The notes below the pieces were generated by a model. It was not told the DNA's origin. It worked only from the letters and a program-made list of their open reading frames with translations, and did not search any database. A program made the translations under genes and the position numbers. Positions 39,068 through 47,297 of a DNA stretch of 64,000 bases are shown piece after piece. Source of the stretch: Candidatus Omnitrophota bacterium (lineage in GTDB: Bacteria; Omnitrophota; Gorgyraeia; Zapsychrales; Fredricksoniimonadaceae); NCBI GenBank assembly GCA_903944345.1, contig CAJARJ010000021.1:110900-174899 (forward strand), read 5' to 3'. Position 1 is the stretch's first letter. Each line of letters begins with the position of its first letter.

Positions 39068-40423
39068 ATGAAAGTCATCAAGGAGAAATACGCCCAGCTG
39101 ATTGCGGCGCAGAATGATCCCAAACGTTCGTCCTGGGCAGGAGTCAATTCCGTCACCGGGGCCGGGTTAACCAGTGACGCCGTGAATCTTATTCTTGCCG
39201 AGGCGATAGCCGCGCGCACCAGCGATATTCATATCGAGCCGTTTCAGGACATGATGCGGATCCGTTTTCGTGTAGACGGGATTCTTTATGAAGTTTTGAA
39301 CGTGCCGCATGCCCATAATGTGAATATTGTGGCCAGAATAAAAGTTTTGTGCAATTTGCCGACTGACGCTATCGCAAGCCGCAAGCCCATGGACGGGCGT
39401 TTTTCAGCCAAGATTGGCAAAGACGAGTTCGATTTTCGCGTGGCCACATTTCCTACGCTGCTTGGCGAAAAGATTGCCATTCGTGTGTTGAGCAAGAAGC
39501 ATGGTCAGGTTAATCTTAACGGGATCGGGATGAATCCCGAAGATTTGTCCAAGCTTGAGCGCATTATTGGTTGTGATAACGGACTGTTGATTGTGTGCGG
39601 GCCGACCGGCAGCGGCAAGACCACAACCTTGTATTCGGTATTGAACTATCTGCACTCTCCCCGGCTCAACATCGTCACGCTGGAAGACCCTGTTGAGTAC
39701 CAGATTTATGGCATTAACCAGTGTGATATTCGTAAAAAAGGCGATGAATCTTTTGCTTCGGGGCTTAAAGCGGTTTTGCGCCAGGATCCGGATGTTATCC
39801 TTATTGGCGAGGTGCGTGATCTGGAAACCGCCGAGATTGCTATCCGGGCGTCGATCACCGGACATCTGGTTATGACAAGTATTCATGCCAACAGTGCCTT
39901 GGGGACAGTTGTCCGTCTGGTGAATATGGGGCTGGAAAGGTATATGGTTTCCTACGCTGTTATCGGGGCAGTTGCCCAGAGGCTGGTGCCCCAGTTGTGC
40001 GAGAAGTGCAGGAGCCCGTATTCAATTGAAACTTCGACGTTGCGTGCTTTATGTGAACAGTTTGACCTTGATCTTAATCTTTTTCTTCCTGCGGCCCAGA
40101 CGGCGGTTCGGGAAGGAAAGATGCGGGAAGTTGGTCAGGCATATGCCGAAGCGATAGCCGCCTCGACCGCGACTTTTTACAAGAAAAACGGCTGTGAGCA
40201 TTGCAATGGAACAGGCTATATGGGACGAGTCGGAATATTTGAGGTGATCATGTTCAGTGAAGAGTTGCGCGACGCCATTGTGCGCGGGGTTTCCTTGACT
40301 GATCTTGAGGAGATTGCCCGCAAGAAAGGCAATCGTTCTTTGGCGATGGATGCGATAGAAAAAGCCAAGCTGGGGCTGGTGACTATTGATGATATTTACC
40401 CGATTTTGCTGGAGAAGGGCTGA
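39068..40423 (+). CDS. GspE/PilB-family secretion ATPase (short form with C-terminal zinc finger)
   Basis: Walker A GPTGSGKTT, Asp box, Walker B, His box and a tetracysteine motif (CEKC...CEHCNGTGY). Lacks the long N-terminal domains. GGAGGGG RBS before ATG 39068. Confidence 0.7.
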   Translation: MKVIKEKYAQLIAAQNDPKRSSWAGVNSVTGAGLTSDAVNLILAEAIAARTSDIHIEPFQDMMRIRFRVDGILYEVLNVPHAHNVNIVARIKVLCNLPTDAIASRKPMDGRFSAKIGKDEFDFRVATFPTLLGEKIAIRVLSKKHGQVNLNGIGMNPEDLSKLERIIGCDNGLLIVCGPTGSGKTTTLYSVLNYLHSPRLNIVTLEDPVEYQIYGINQCDIRKKGDESFASGLKAVLRQDPDVILIGEVRDLETAEIAIRASITGHLVMTSIHANSALGTVVRLVNMGLERYMVSYAVIGAVAQRLVPQLCEKCRSPYSIETSTLRALCEQFDLDLNLFLPAAQTAVREGKMREVGQAYAEAIAASTATFYKKNGCEHCNGTGYMGRVGIFEVIMFSEELRDAIVRGVSLTDLEEIARKKGNRSLAMDAIEKAKLGLVTIDDIYPILLEKG

Positions 40424-40464
40424 TCGGGCGGGTATGGTCCTGAAAAACAAATAAGGAGTCAAAG

Positions 40465-40986
40465 ATGAAACAGGTTGCAGGGTATGTTCTGGTTCTTGGC
40501 TTGGTAGCGGCGCTGGCAACGGAAGCAGGAGCGGCAGATACAGAAGGCCGCAGGAAGAGCCGGGGCGGGGCGGCTAAGCAGCATATGCAGCAACAGCGGG
40601 AGGAAAATCAGTCTTTTCGTCAGACTTTGACGGATAAAACGCCGGAAGAGCGTCAGGAAGCTATCAAGGCGCAGCGGGCGGCTCAGCAGACGGAGAACAA
40701 GGAGTTTTTCGCCGGTCAGCGCGACAAAAACAGGGCGGAACTCGAGCAGAAGTTGTCCCAGAACACCCAGATGACTCCGGAGCAAAAGGCGCAGGTTCTG
40801 GCCGGGTTTGATCAGAAGTATGCCGAAGAGAAGGCTTTCTGGGAACAGATAACCAATGACTCTTCTCTTACGGCAGAACAAAAAAAGGCGGCGATCAAGG
40901 CGCATAACGCAGAGCGCAAGGAGCAGAATCAGGTTGCACGCGAGCAAAGAAAAACGAATCGCCAGACGCAGAAATCTGTACAATAA
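40465..40986 (+). CDS. secreted low-complexity Q/E/K-rich protein
   Basis: Signal peptide (VLVLGLVAALATEAGAA) followed by a charged helical region with repeated EQK/AQ motifs. Confidence 0.4.
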   Translation: MKQVAGYVLVLGLVAALATEAGAADTEGRRKSRGGAAKQHMQQQREENQSFRQTLTDKTPEERQEAIKAQRAAQQTENKEFFAGQRDKNRAELEQKLSQNTQMTPEQKAQVLAGFDQKYAEEKAFWEQITNDSSLTAEQKKAAIKAHNAERKEQNQVAREQRKTNRQTQKSVQ

Positions 40987-41077
40987 CCTGCAGAACAAGT
41001 CTTTCTCGACAGTTTCAGGAAAGTCTGCTATAACGTATTTCCATTTTGTTGTATCTTCCGCATTATTCGAGTTTTTT

Positions 41078-41151
41078 CGGGAAGTAGCGCAGCTGGCTAG
41101 CGCACTTGCTTTGGGAGCAAGGGGTCGAGGGTTCAAATCCCTCCTTCCCGA
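41078..41151 (+). tRNA. tRNA-Pro (anticodon TGG)
   Basis: Cloverleaf: acceptor CGGGAAG/CTTCCCG, anticodon stem CTTGC/GCAAG with loop TTTGGGA, T-loop GGTTCAAATCC. No encoded CCA. Confidence 0.85.
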
Positions 41152-41290
41152 TTAATATTTCATTGAAATAAAGAGGGATTTGAAAAGGAGCTTCCTGTTC
41201 TCCATTTTCTGAAAATTTTGTAATGACCGCGCCCTTTGGTCGACCAACACTCATCACATTAAGGGCATAATTAATAACAGGAGGAAGAAT

Positions 41291-41875
41291 ATGTCAGTTT
41301 TGGTAGGCAGGCCGGCACCCGATTTCAAGGAAGTTGCAGTCCAGAACGGTAAAGTCATTGAAGGGTTTTCTTTGTCAGCGCTCAAGGGCAAATATGTTGT
41401 CCTTTTCTTTTATCCGCTGGATTTCACCTTTGTCTGCCCTACGGAGCTTCATGCTTTTTCGGAGAAATTTGACGAGTTTCGCAAGCGCGGAGTAGAGGTT
41501 GTTGCGGTCAGTGTCGATTCACATTTCAGCCACATGGCCTGGATGAACACGCCAAAGGCAAAGGGCGGCATTGAAGGCGTTCAGTATCCGATTGTTTCCG
41601 ACCTTAACAAGACTGTTTCTCGTGCGTATGATGTGCTGGCGGAAGAGCGCGGTATTGCTTATCGTGGATTGTTTCTGATCGATAGAAATGGAATTGTCCG
41701 GCATCAGGTGGTTAATGACCTTCCTCTGGGGCGCAGCGTGGATGAGGCTTTGCGCATGGTAGATGTACTTCAGCATTTTGAAGAGAATGGCGAGGTGTGT
41801 CCTGCTAACTGGCAGAAAGGCGCCAAAGCCATGAAGCCCGACCAGAAGGGGCTGGAGCAGTATTTCGGAAAATAA
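41291..41875 (+). CDS. ahpC: 2-Cys peroxiredoxin (AhpC/Tsa family)
   Basis: FFYPLDFTFVCPTE peroxidatic Cys motif and resolving Cys in EVCPANW. Confidence 0.85.
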   Translation: MSVLVGRPAPDFKEVAVQNGKVIEGFSLSALKGKYVVLFFYPLDFTFVCPTELHAFSEKFDEFRKRGVEVVAVSVDSHFSHMAWMNTPKAKGGIEGVQYPIVSDLNKTVSRAYDVLAEERGIAYRGLFLIDRNGIVRHQVVNDLPLGRSVDEALRMVDVLQHFEENGEVCPANWQKGAKAMKPDQKGLEQYFGK

Positions 41876-41913
41876 TTATTATATTTTGAATCAGTTGAGA
41901 ATAATTTTTCGGG

Positions 41914-41951
41914 GACCCGCAGGAGCAACAGCTCTCTGCGGGTCTTTTTTT
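41914..41951 (+). terminator. rho-independent terminator after ahpC
   Basis: 9 bp perfect stem GACCCGCAG/CTGCGGGTC followed by TTTTTTT. Confidence 0.7.
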
Positions 41952-42028
41952 AACTCTTTAACCCTATTTGTATAAATCTGATATAATCCCGTTGCGCTCT
42001 GCCGGATGACCGGTTCGCGCAATAAAAT

Positions 42029-44299
42029 ATGAAACGCGACCATTCCAAACTCATTTGTGATGTCAGCGAGATCGCCGGTGTTTTCACCAATACGGCTGAT
42101 CTGGGCGGTCTTCTGCAGAAGATTGTCGAGATGATCGCCGTGCATATGGACGCGGATGTTTGCTCGATTTATCTTTTTTATGAAGATTCACAGGAACTGG
42201 TTCTTAAAGCAACCTGCGGACTGGATTCTTCCTCGATCGGGCGCGTGAGCATGAAGATCGGCGACGGCCTGACCGGGGTGGCGCTCAGGGATTTGAGGCC
42301 AGTCTGCGAGGGGAATGCCGCCAGTCATCCCGACTACAGGCATTTTGAAGGAACCGGAGAAGAAAAATATCCTTCCTTCATGGCGGTGCCTATTCTGCGG
42401 GGCCGGGAGCGGATTGGCGTCATGACCTTGCAGAGCCGGCAGAAAGATTATTTCTCCGAGCCGGATGTTAACGTGTTTCGGGCTATCACGTCACAGTTAG
42501 CCACGACTGTCGAGATGGCCAATCTCCTGATTGCCATTGAACGTGCCCGCCCGGAGTCGCCCGGACGAGGAAAGGGTCCCGATATAAAATTTGTCAAAGG
42601 ACTGGTCGGCGCCGAGGGCTTGGCTGTCGGCGAGGCACTTGTCATTGCACGCAATTCACTGGACGAGTTGCTTGCCCGTCAGGTGCCCGGAGCAAGTACT
42701 CTGGAGGATTTTCGCCGCGCGGTTGCCGCGACCGAACAGGAACTTGAGCAGGTTCAGCAAGGCGTCGAAGAAAAGCTGGCCGATGTGGCTTCGCTTATTT
42801 TTTCAGCGCAGATTCTGATGCTTAAGGATCGATCCATGCTGGGCGCGATGGAAGAACTTGTCGGGCGGGGACTATCTCCGGCGGACGCGGTCAAAAGAGT
42901 TGTCAGCGATTATGTGAACCGCTTCGACCGGATGGGCAATGCCTATGTCCGCGAAAAGAAATATGACGTGCTTGATGTCGGCTTGCGTTTGCTGGATCAG
43001 CTGGCGGGAGAGGGTTCTTCCCGTGCCAGTTACGAAAGCAAGATTGTTATTGCCCGGGAACTGCTGCCTTCCGATATTTTGAAACTGAGTTCGCGCAATG
43101 TTGCCGGTGTGGTTCTGCTCTCCGGAGGTGTTACCTCCCACGCCGCGGTACTTTCCCGTTCGCTCAATATTCCGCTGGTTATTGCCGATGATGCCCGGTT
43201 GTTGTCGGTAGAACTGGGAACCAGGATGATTCTTGACGGGGCGCTTGGCAATATTTATGTGTCGCCTGACGACGAAACTCTTGGCCGTTTTCGCGAGAAA
43301 GAAGCCCTGCGCATAGAAGCGGCCAAAACTGCAGTACATCTGCGGGAAGAGACCTATACAACTGATGGAGTGCGGGTTCATCTGCTGGCCAATATCAATC
43401 TCTTGGGAGACTTGTCCGTGGCCCGCGACTACAAGGCGGAAGGGGTAGGCCTTTACCGGACAGAGTTTCCGTTTATGATCCGCAGCGACTTTCCCACCGA
43501 AGAGGAGCAGTTTGTGATCTACCGCCGTTTTGTTGAAAGCCTCAAGGGGCGGGAAATGACCTTTCGTACACTGGATATCGGCGGCGACAAGATGCTGTCG
43601 TATTATGATTACAGTAATGAAGCCAACCCTTTTCTGGGGATGCGTTCTATTCGTTTTTCGCTCAAGCATCTTGATATCTTTTCTCGTCAACTGCGGGCAA
43701 TTCTTCGGGCCGGGTTTGATAGCGAGATAAGGATTATGTTCCCCATGATCTCCTCGTTGGACGACTTTGACGCGGCCCGCGGCGTGGTTGCGGACTGTCT
43801 GGCCCAGCTGGGCCGGGAAGGCCGGCCTCATCAGAAGAATCCCCGGCTGGGGGTTATGATCGAGCTGCCTTCGGCGGTCGAGATAAGTGATGGTCTGGCT
43901 CGCGAGGCGGACTTTTTTTCTGTCGGGACAAACGACCTTATCCAGTACATGCTGGCCGTTGATCGTACCAACGAGAAAGTGGCCGATCTTTACCTGCCCT
44001 ATCATCCGTCAGTTCTAAGAGCACTTGGCCGCGTGGCCGAGGCGGCCTTGCGGCACAAGCGCGACATCTCGGTTTGCGGAGACATGGCTCACGACCCTCG
44101 GTATATTTTCTTTTTGCTGGGGCTGGGGATACGAAAGTTTAGCCTGGATGCGCGCTATCTGCCAAAAGTTCAGCAGGCTGTCATGTCTGCTTCCTGCCTG
44201 GAGGCTGCGGACTTTTCCCGTCGTGCACTTGCAGTCGGGCGGGTAGCGGAGGCCAAAAAATTGTTTGAGACCGGAATTTTGCGACAGGAGCGCGCATGA
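42029..44299 (+). CDS. ptsP: PEP-protein phosphotransferase PtsP (EI-Ntr) with N-terminal GAF domain
   Basis: GAF domain (DADVCSIYLFYEDSQELVLKAT). Phosphohistidine region GGVTSHAAVLSRSLNIPLVI. PEP-utilising C-terminal domain (LYRTEFPFM, GTNDLIQY). Confidence 0.8.
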   Translation: MKRDHSKLICDVSEIAGVFTNTADLGGLLQKIVEMIAVHMDADVCSIYLFYEDSQELVLKATCGLDSSSIGRVSMKIGDGLTGVALRDLRPVCEGNAASHPDYRHFEGTGEEKYPSFMAVPILRGRERIGVMTLQSRQKDYFSEPDVNVFRAITSQLATTVEMANLLIAIERARPESPGRGKGPDIKFVKGLVGAEGLAVGEALVIARNSLDELLARQVPGASTLEDFRRAVAATEQELEQVQQGVEEKLADVASLIFSAQILMLKDRSMLGAMEELVGRGLSPADAVKRVVSDYVNRFDRMGNAYVREKKYDVLDVGLRLLDQLAGEGSSRASYESKIVIARELLPSDILKLSSRNVAGVVLLSGGVTSHAAVLSRSLNIPLVIADDARLLSVELGTRMILDGALGNIYVSPDDETLGRFREKEALRIEAAKTAVHLREETYTTDGVRVHLLANINLLGDLSVARDYKAEGVGLYRTEFPFMIRSDFPTEEEQFVIYRRFVESLKGREMTFRTLDIGGDKMLSYYDYSNEANPFLGMRSIRFSLKHLDIFSRQLRAILRAGFDSEIRIMFPMISSLDDFDAARGVVADCLAQLGREGRPHQKNPRLGVMIELPSAVEISDGLAREADFFSVGTNDLIQYMLAVDRTNEKVADLYLPYHPSVLRALGRVAEAALRHKRDISVCGDMAHDPRYIFFLLGLGIRKFSLDARYLPKVQQAVMSASCLEAADFSRRALAVGRVAEAKKLFETGILRQERA

Positions 44300-45777
44300 A
44301 ATGTCCAAAGACTTATGAAGTGGATTTAAGCGCCATCGCTCGCGAAGCGGTGGCGCGGTATGGCTTTGCGGTCGGGTATTCGTCTTCGGTGATCAAGGAG
44401 GTAAAAGCCCTGAAAGAAAATTTTGTCATGGCTGACGAGAAGCGCGGACTGCGGGACCGGACCGACATTCTCTGGTCCTCGATTGATAATGTGGATTCTC
44501 TGGATTTGGATCAACTTGAATATTGCGAGCGTGGGCCCCGGGGGGAGATTCAGGTCAGTGTGGCTGTTGCGGACGTCGATTTGTTCGTTCCGCGTGGCAG
44601 CAAAACCGATCATCACGCGGCCGCCTGCGGGAACTCGGTCTATACCGGGATCGAAACTTTTCCCATGTTACCGGAACGGCTGTCAACCGATCTGTCCTCC
44701 CTGAGGGAAGGCGTTGACCGCCGTGCGATTGTGGTCGAGTTTGCCGTGCTTAAGAACGGGAATATCCGTCAGGGGGAGGTCTATCCTGCACTGGTTCGTA
44801 ACAAGGCCAAATTGATTTATGAAGAGATCGGCGCCTGGCTGGATGGGAAAACTGCTGTGCCCTCCAGAGTCGCGGCAGTTCCTGGGCTGGAAGATCAGCT
44901 TAGGTTGCAGGACGAAGCTGCTCGCAGGTTGAGGGATTTCCGGGTCGAGCAGGGCGCGCTTGAGCTGGAGAGTCTGGAGACCCGGGTGGTTAAAGAAAAC
45001 GGTACGATAGCCGCACTGGTTTTACCGCAGGATAACCCGGCCCAGCGGCTTATTGAAAATTTTATGATTGCGGCCAACCGTACGGTTATGGATCGTCTGG
45101 GCAAGGCGGGGATGCTGGTCATTCAGCGTATTGTGCGGATTCCCAAGAACTGGCCCGGGATCAGACAGCTGGCCGCGGAGTCACACGAGTTTCTGCCGGT
45201 CGAGCCAGACGTCAAGTCATTGTCGCTGTTCTTGCTCAAGCGTAAAAAGGCAGATCCGTCTTCTTTTGCCGATTTGTCTTTGACCGTTATCAAACTGTTG
45301 GGGCCGGGAGAGTACGAGCTGCTGGAGCCGGGTAAACCGCCGGTTGGGCATTTTGGCCTGGCCGTCACGGATTATACTCACGCCACCGCACCTAACCGCC
45401 GCTATGTGGATTTGGTCATCCAGCGCTTGATCAAGGCCGCCATTGCTGACCGTCCGTGTCCGTATTCCAGACGGGATCTTATTGAGCATGCGGCCTGGTG
45501 CACGGACCGGGACAAGGCGGCCAAGAAAGTGGAACGTTTTATGCGCAAAGTGGGCGCGGCTGTCCTGCTTGAGGGAAGAGTAGGCGACGAGTTCGAGGCG
45601 ATTGTGACCGGGGCTTCCGAAAAAGGTGTTTACGCCCGGCTGGTGTCGCCTGTTGTCGAGGGGCGTGTGGTGCGCGGAGGAGAGCGGATGGCGGTTGGAC
45701 AGAAAGTCCGGGTGCGTCTGGTCGATCTTGATCCGCGTCAAGGGCATATTGATCTGGTCAAAGTCAGGGAAACATGA
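44296..45777 (+). CDS. RNB-domain exoribonuclease (RNase II/R family, short form with C-terminal S1-like domain)
   Basis: RNB motifs DNVDSLDLDQ (motif I), VAVADV (motif II) and HFGLAVTDYTHATAPNRRYVDLVIQR (motif IV). Start overlaps the ptsP stop (ATGA). Confidence 0.75.
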   Translation: MKCPKTYEVDLSAIAREAVARYGFAVGYSSSVIKEVKALKENFVMADEKRGLRDRTDILWSSIDNVDSLDLDQLEYCERGPRGEIQVSVAVADVDLFVPRGSKTDHHAAACGNSVYTGIETFPMLPERLSTDLSSLREGVDRRAIVVEFAVLKNGNIRQGEVYPALVRNKAKLIYEEIGAWLDGKTAVPSRVAAVPGLEDQLRLQDEAARRLRDFRVEQGALELESLETRVVKENGTIAALVLPQDNPAQRLIENFMIAANRTVMDRLGKAGMLVIQRIVRIPKNWPGIRQLAAESHEFLPVEPDVKSLSLFLLKRKKADPSSFADLSLTVIKLLGPGEYELLEPGKPPVGHFGLAVTDYTHATAPNRRYVDLVIQRLIKAAIADRPCPYSRRDLIEHAAWCTDRDKAAKKVERFMRKVGAAVLLEGRVGDEFEAIVTGASEKGVYARLVSPVVEGRVVRGGERMAVGQKVRVRLVDLDPRQGHIDLVKVRET

Positions 45778-46517
45778 AAACAATACAGCGGCCGAATCGT
45801 TCAAGAATTATCCGGAATCCCGAGGGAGTTCGTGACCCCCTGGAGCTGAAAGACACTTTTGACTGCTTTCAGGTTGTTTCTGTCAGCAGGCAGGGCGCTT
45901 TTCTGGACTGGGGTTTTGAGGAAAATCTTTTTGTTCCTGCCGACCAGCAGCATGCCAGAATGGAGCGGGGGGAGTTTTATGTTGTCTATATTTCCAGTGA
46001 GCTTACCGGAGGACGAATGACCGGAACATCCTTTGTGGACCGGTGGTTATATGAGGAGTGTGCGCCGGATATCCAGCCAGGAGATGAAGTTGACCTGCTG
46101 GTGTGTGCCCGGACGGATCTTGGTTTCAAGGCAATAGTCAATAATACCTGTCTGGGGTTGCTGTATAAAAATGAAGTTTTCCGGACGCTGTCTTATGGCG
46201 AGCGGCTTAAAGGATTTTTGCGAACGATACGTCCTGACGGAAAAGCTGACCTTGCTCTGGCTCGCCAGGGTTATGACGATGTCGGCGGACTAGCCGGTCG
46301 CATTATGGCGCATCTGCAGGCCAGCGGAGGCAGCAGCCAGCTTAATGACAAAACTCCGGCGGAAGAGATTTATCGTTTGTTTGCGGTCAGCAAGAATAAA
46401 TTCAAGATGGCGCTCGGGCATCTTTATAAACGTCGGCTGGTTGTGATCGAAAACAACGGGGTTCGCTTGGTGTCCCAGGGCAATTCCGGGCGCAAGGCAC
46501 CGGGAGGGCGGGCATGA
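45774..46517 (+). CDS. S1-domain RNA-binding protein, CvfB/YitL-like
   Basis: Tandem S1-like beta-barrel segments and a C-terminal winged-helix-like tail; ~250 aa. Overlaps the RNB stop (ATGA). Confidence 0.45.
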   Translation: MKTIQRPNRSRIIRNPEGVRDPLELKDTFDCFQVVSVSRQGAFLDWGFEENLFVPADQQHARMERGEFYVVYISSELTGGRMTGTSFVDRWLYEECAPDIQPGDEVDLLVCARTDLGFKAIVNNTCLGLLYKNEVFRTLSYGERLKGFLRTIRPDGKADLALARQGYDDVGGLAGRIMAHLQASGGSSQLNDKTPAEEIYRLFAVSKNKFKMALGHLYKRRLVVIENNGVRLVSQGNSGRKAPGGRA

Positions 46518-46807
46518 TTACGAATAATGATGTGTTAAAAAAATTGCGGGTGGCCCTTAAACTGCGCGATTCGGACATTATCGAGATCTTGCGGCTGGCC
46601 GAGTTTGAAATTTCTCCCACCGAGTTGTCGGCTTTCTTTCGTCGGGAAGATCATGAGCATTATCGCCCGTGCGGTGACCAGATCCTCAGGCGTTTTTTAG
46701 ACGGGCTTATTGTCCGCAATCGCGGGAAGAAAGAAGCTTTGCAACCGCCGCAGAATGAAACGGTGTCGCAGTCTGGCGGGTTCGTACCAAAATCCGGAAG
46801 GGGGTGA
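46514..46807 (+). CDS. DUF1456 (YehS-like) domain protein
   Basis: NNDVLKKLRVALKLRDSDIIEIL...ELSAFFRRE matches the DUF1456 repeat. Overlaps the upstream stop (ATGA). Confidence 0.55.
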   Translation: MITNNDVLKKLRVALKLRDSDIIEILRLAEFEISPTELSAFFRREDHEHYRPCGDQILRRFLDGLIVRNRGKKEALQPPQNETVSQSGGFVPKSGRG

Positions 46808-46811
46808 GAAT

Positions 46812-46874
46812 ATGGGGAACAAGGACAAGGGTAAGGAAAAGAGCAAAAAGAAGCCAAAGGCTGACAAGAAATAA
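46812..46874 (+). CDS. candidate 20 aa lysine-rich microprotein (MGNKDKGKEKSKKKPKADKK)
   Basis: Strong SD GGAAGGGGGTGA 5-7 nt upstream of the ATG. Lies 4 nt after the previous stop, with a terminator immediately downstream. Not in the ORF track because it is under 60 aa. Confidence 0.3.
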   Translation: MGNKDKGKEKSKKKPKADKK

Positions 46875-46883
46875 TAGCAGCAG

Positions 46884-46930
46884 GCCGGCGTTGAAAAGGA
46901 AGTTATCTTTTCGGCGCCGGTTTTTTATTT
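46884..46930 (+). terminator. rho-independent terminator ending the ptsP-RNB operon
   Basis: CCGGCG ... CGCCGG stem followed by TTTTTTATTTT. Confidence 0.5.
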
Positions 46931-47113
46931 TCCCGGCGTCGCCAGGCAATGCTGACCAGAACGCACAGTGCGCCGAAGAAGAGCAGCAGAGCCAGTCTGG
47001 TGGCCAGGATGTAGGGGTGGTTGGCGGCGGAGATATTGCTCATCAGAATGATCGGTAACCATTCCTGCCAAAGCTATGCACCCAGAATAATGCTAAGTTG
47101 GGATCCCCATTTT

Positions 47114-47130
47114 TGGCGTGATTTTTGCAT
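47114..47130 (+). promoter_or_regulatory. sigma-54 (RpoN)-type promoter
   Basis: TGGCGTgatttTTGCAt has the GG and GC elements at exactly the canonical -24/-12 spacing. It lies ~170 nt upstream of the DUF350-like gene. Confidence 0.45.
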
Positions 47131-47297
47131 GACTGGATAATTATATGGGCACCGTTCGGGAATGCAAAATGAAATAACAAGGAAGGAAGTCTGCTGGACA
47201 GTCGGGTTTGTTTTAGTTAAGATTTTTTATAACAGCCCGAGCCCGTTGCGTAGAATTTTTCATGTCACAATGATAATTGTTAAAACAGGGGGAAGAG

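Noticed and set aside
42872-44005. 377 aa minus-strand ORF opposite ptsP
   Set aside because: ptsP carries unambiguous GAF, phosphohistidine and PEP-utilising motifs on the + strand. The antisense product has no recognisable features.
46804-47058. 84 aa + strand ORF (MRIWGTRTRVRKRAKR...) from the ORF track
   Set aside because: It runs straight through a strong rho-independent terminator hairpin and is out of frame with the SD-led 20-codon ORF that better explains the signals here.
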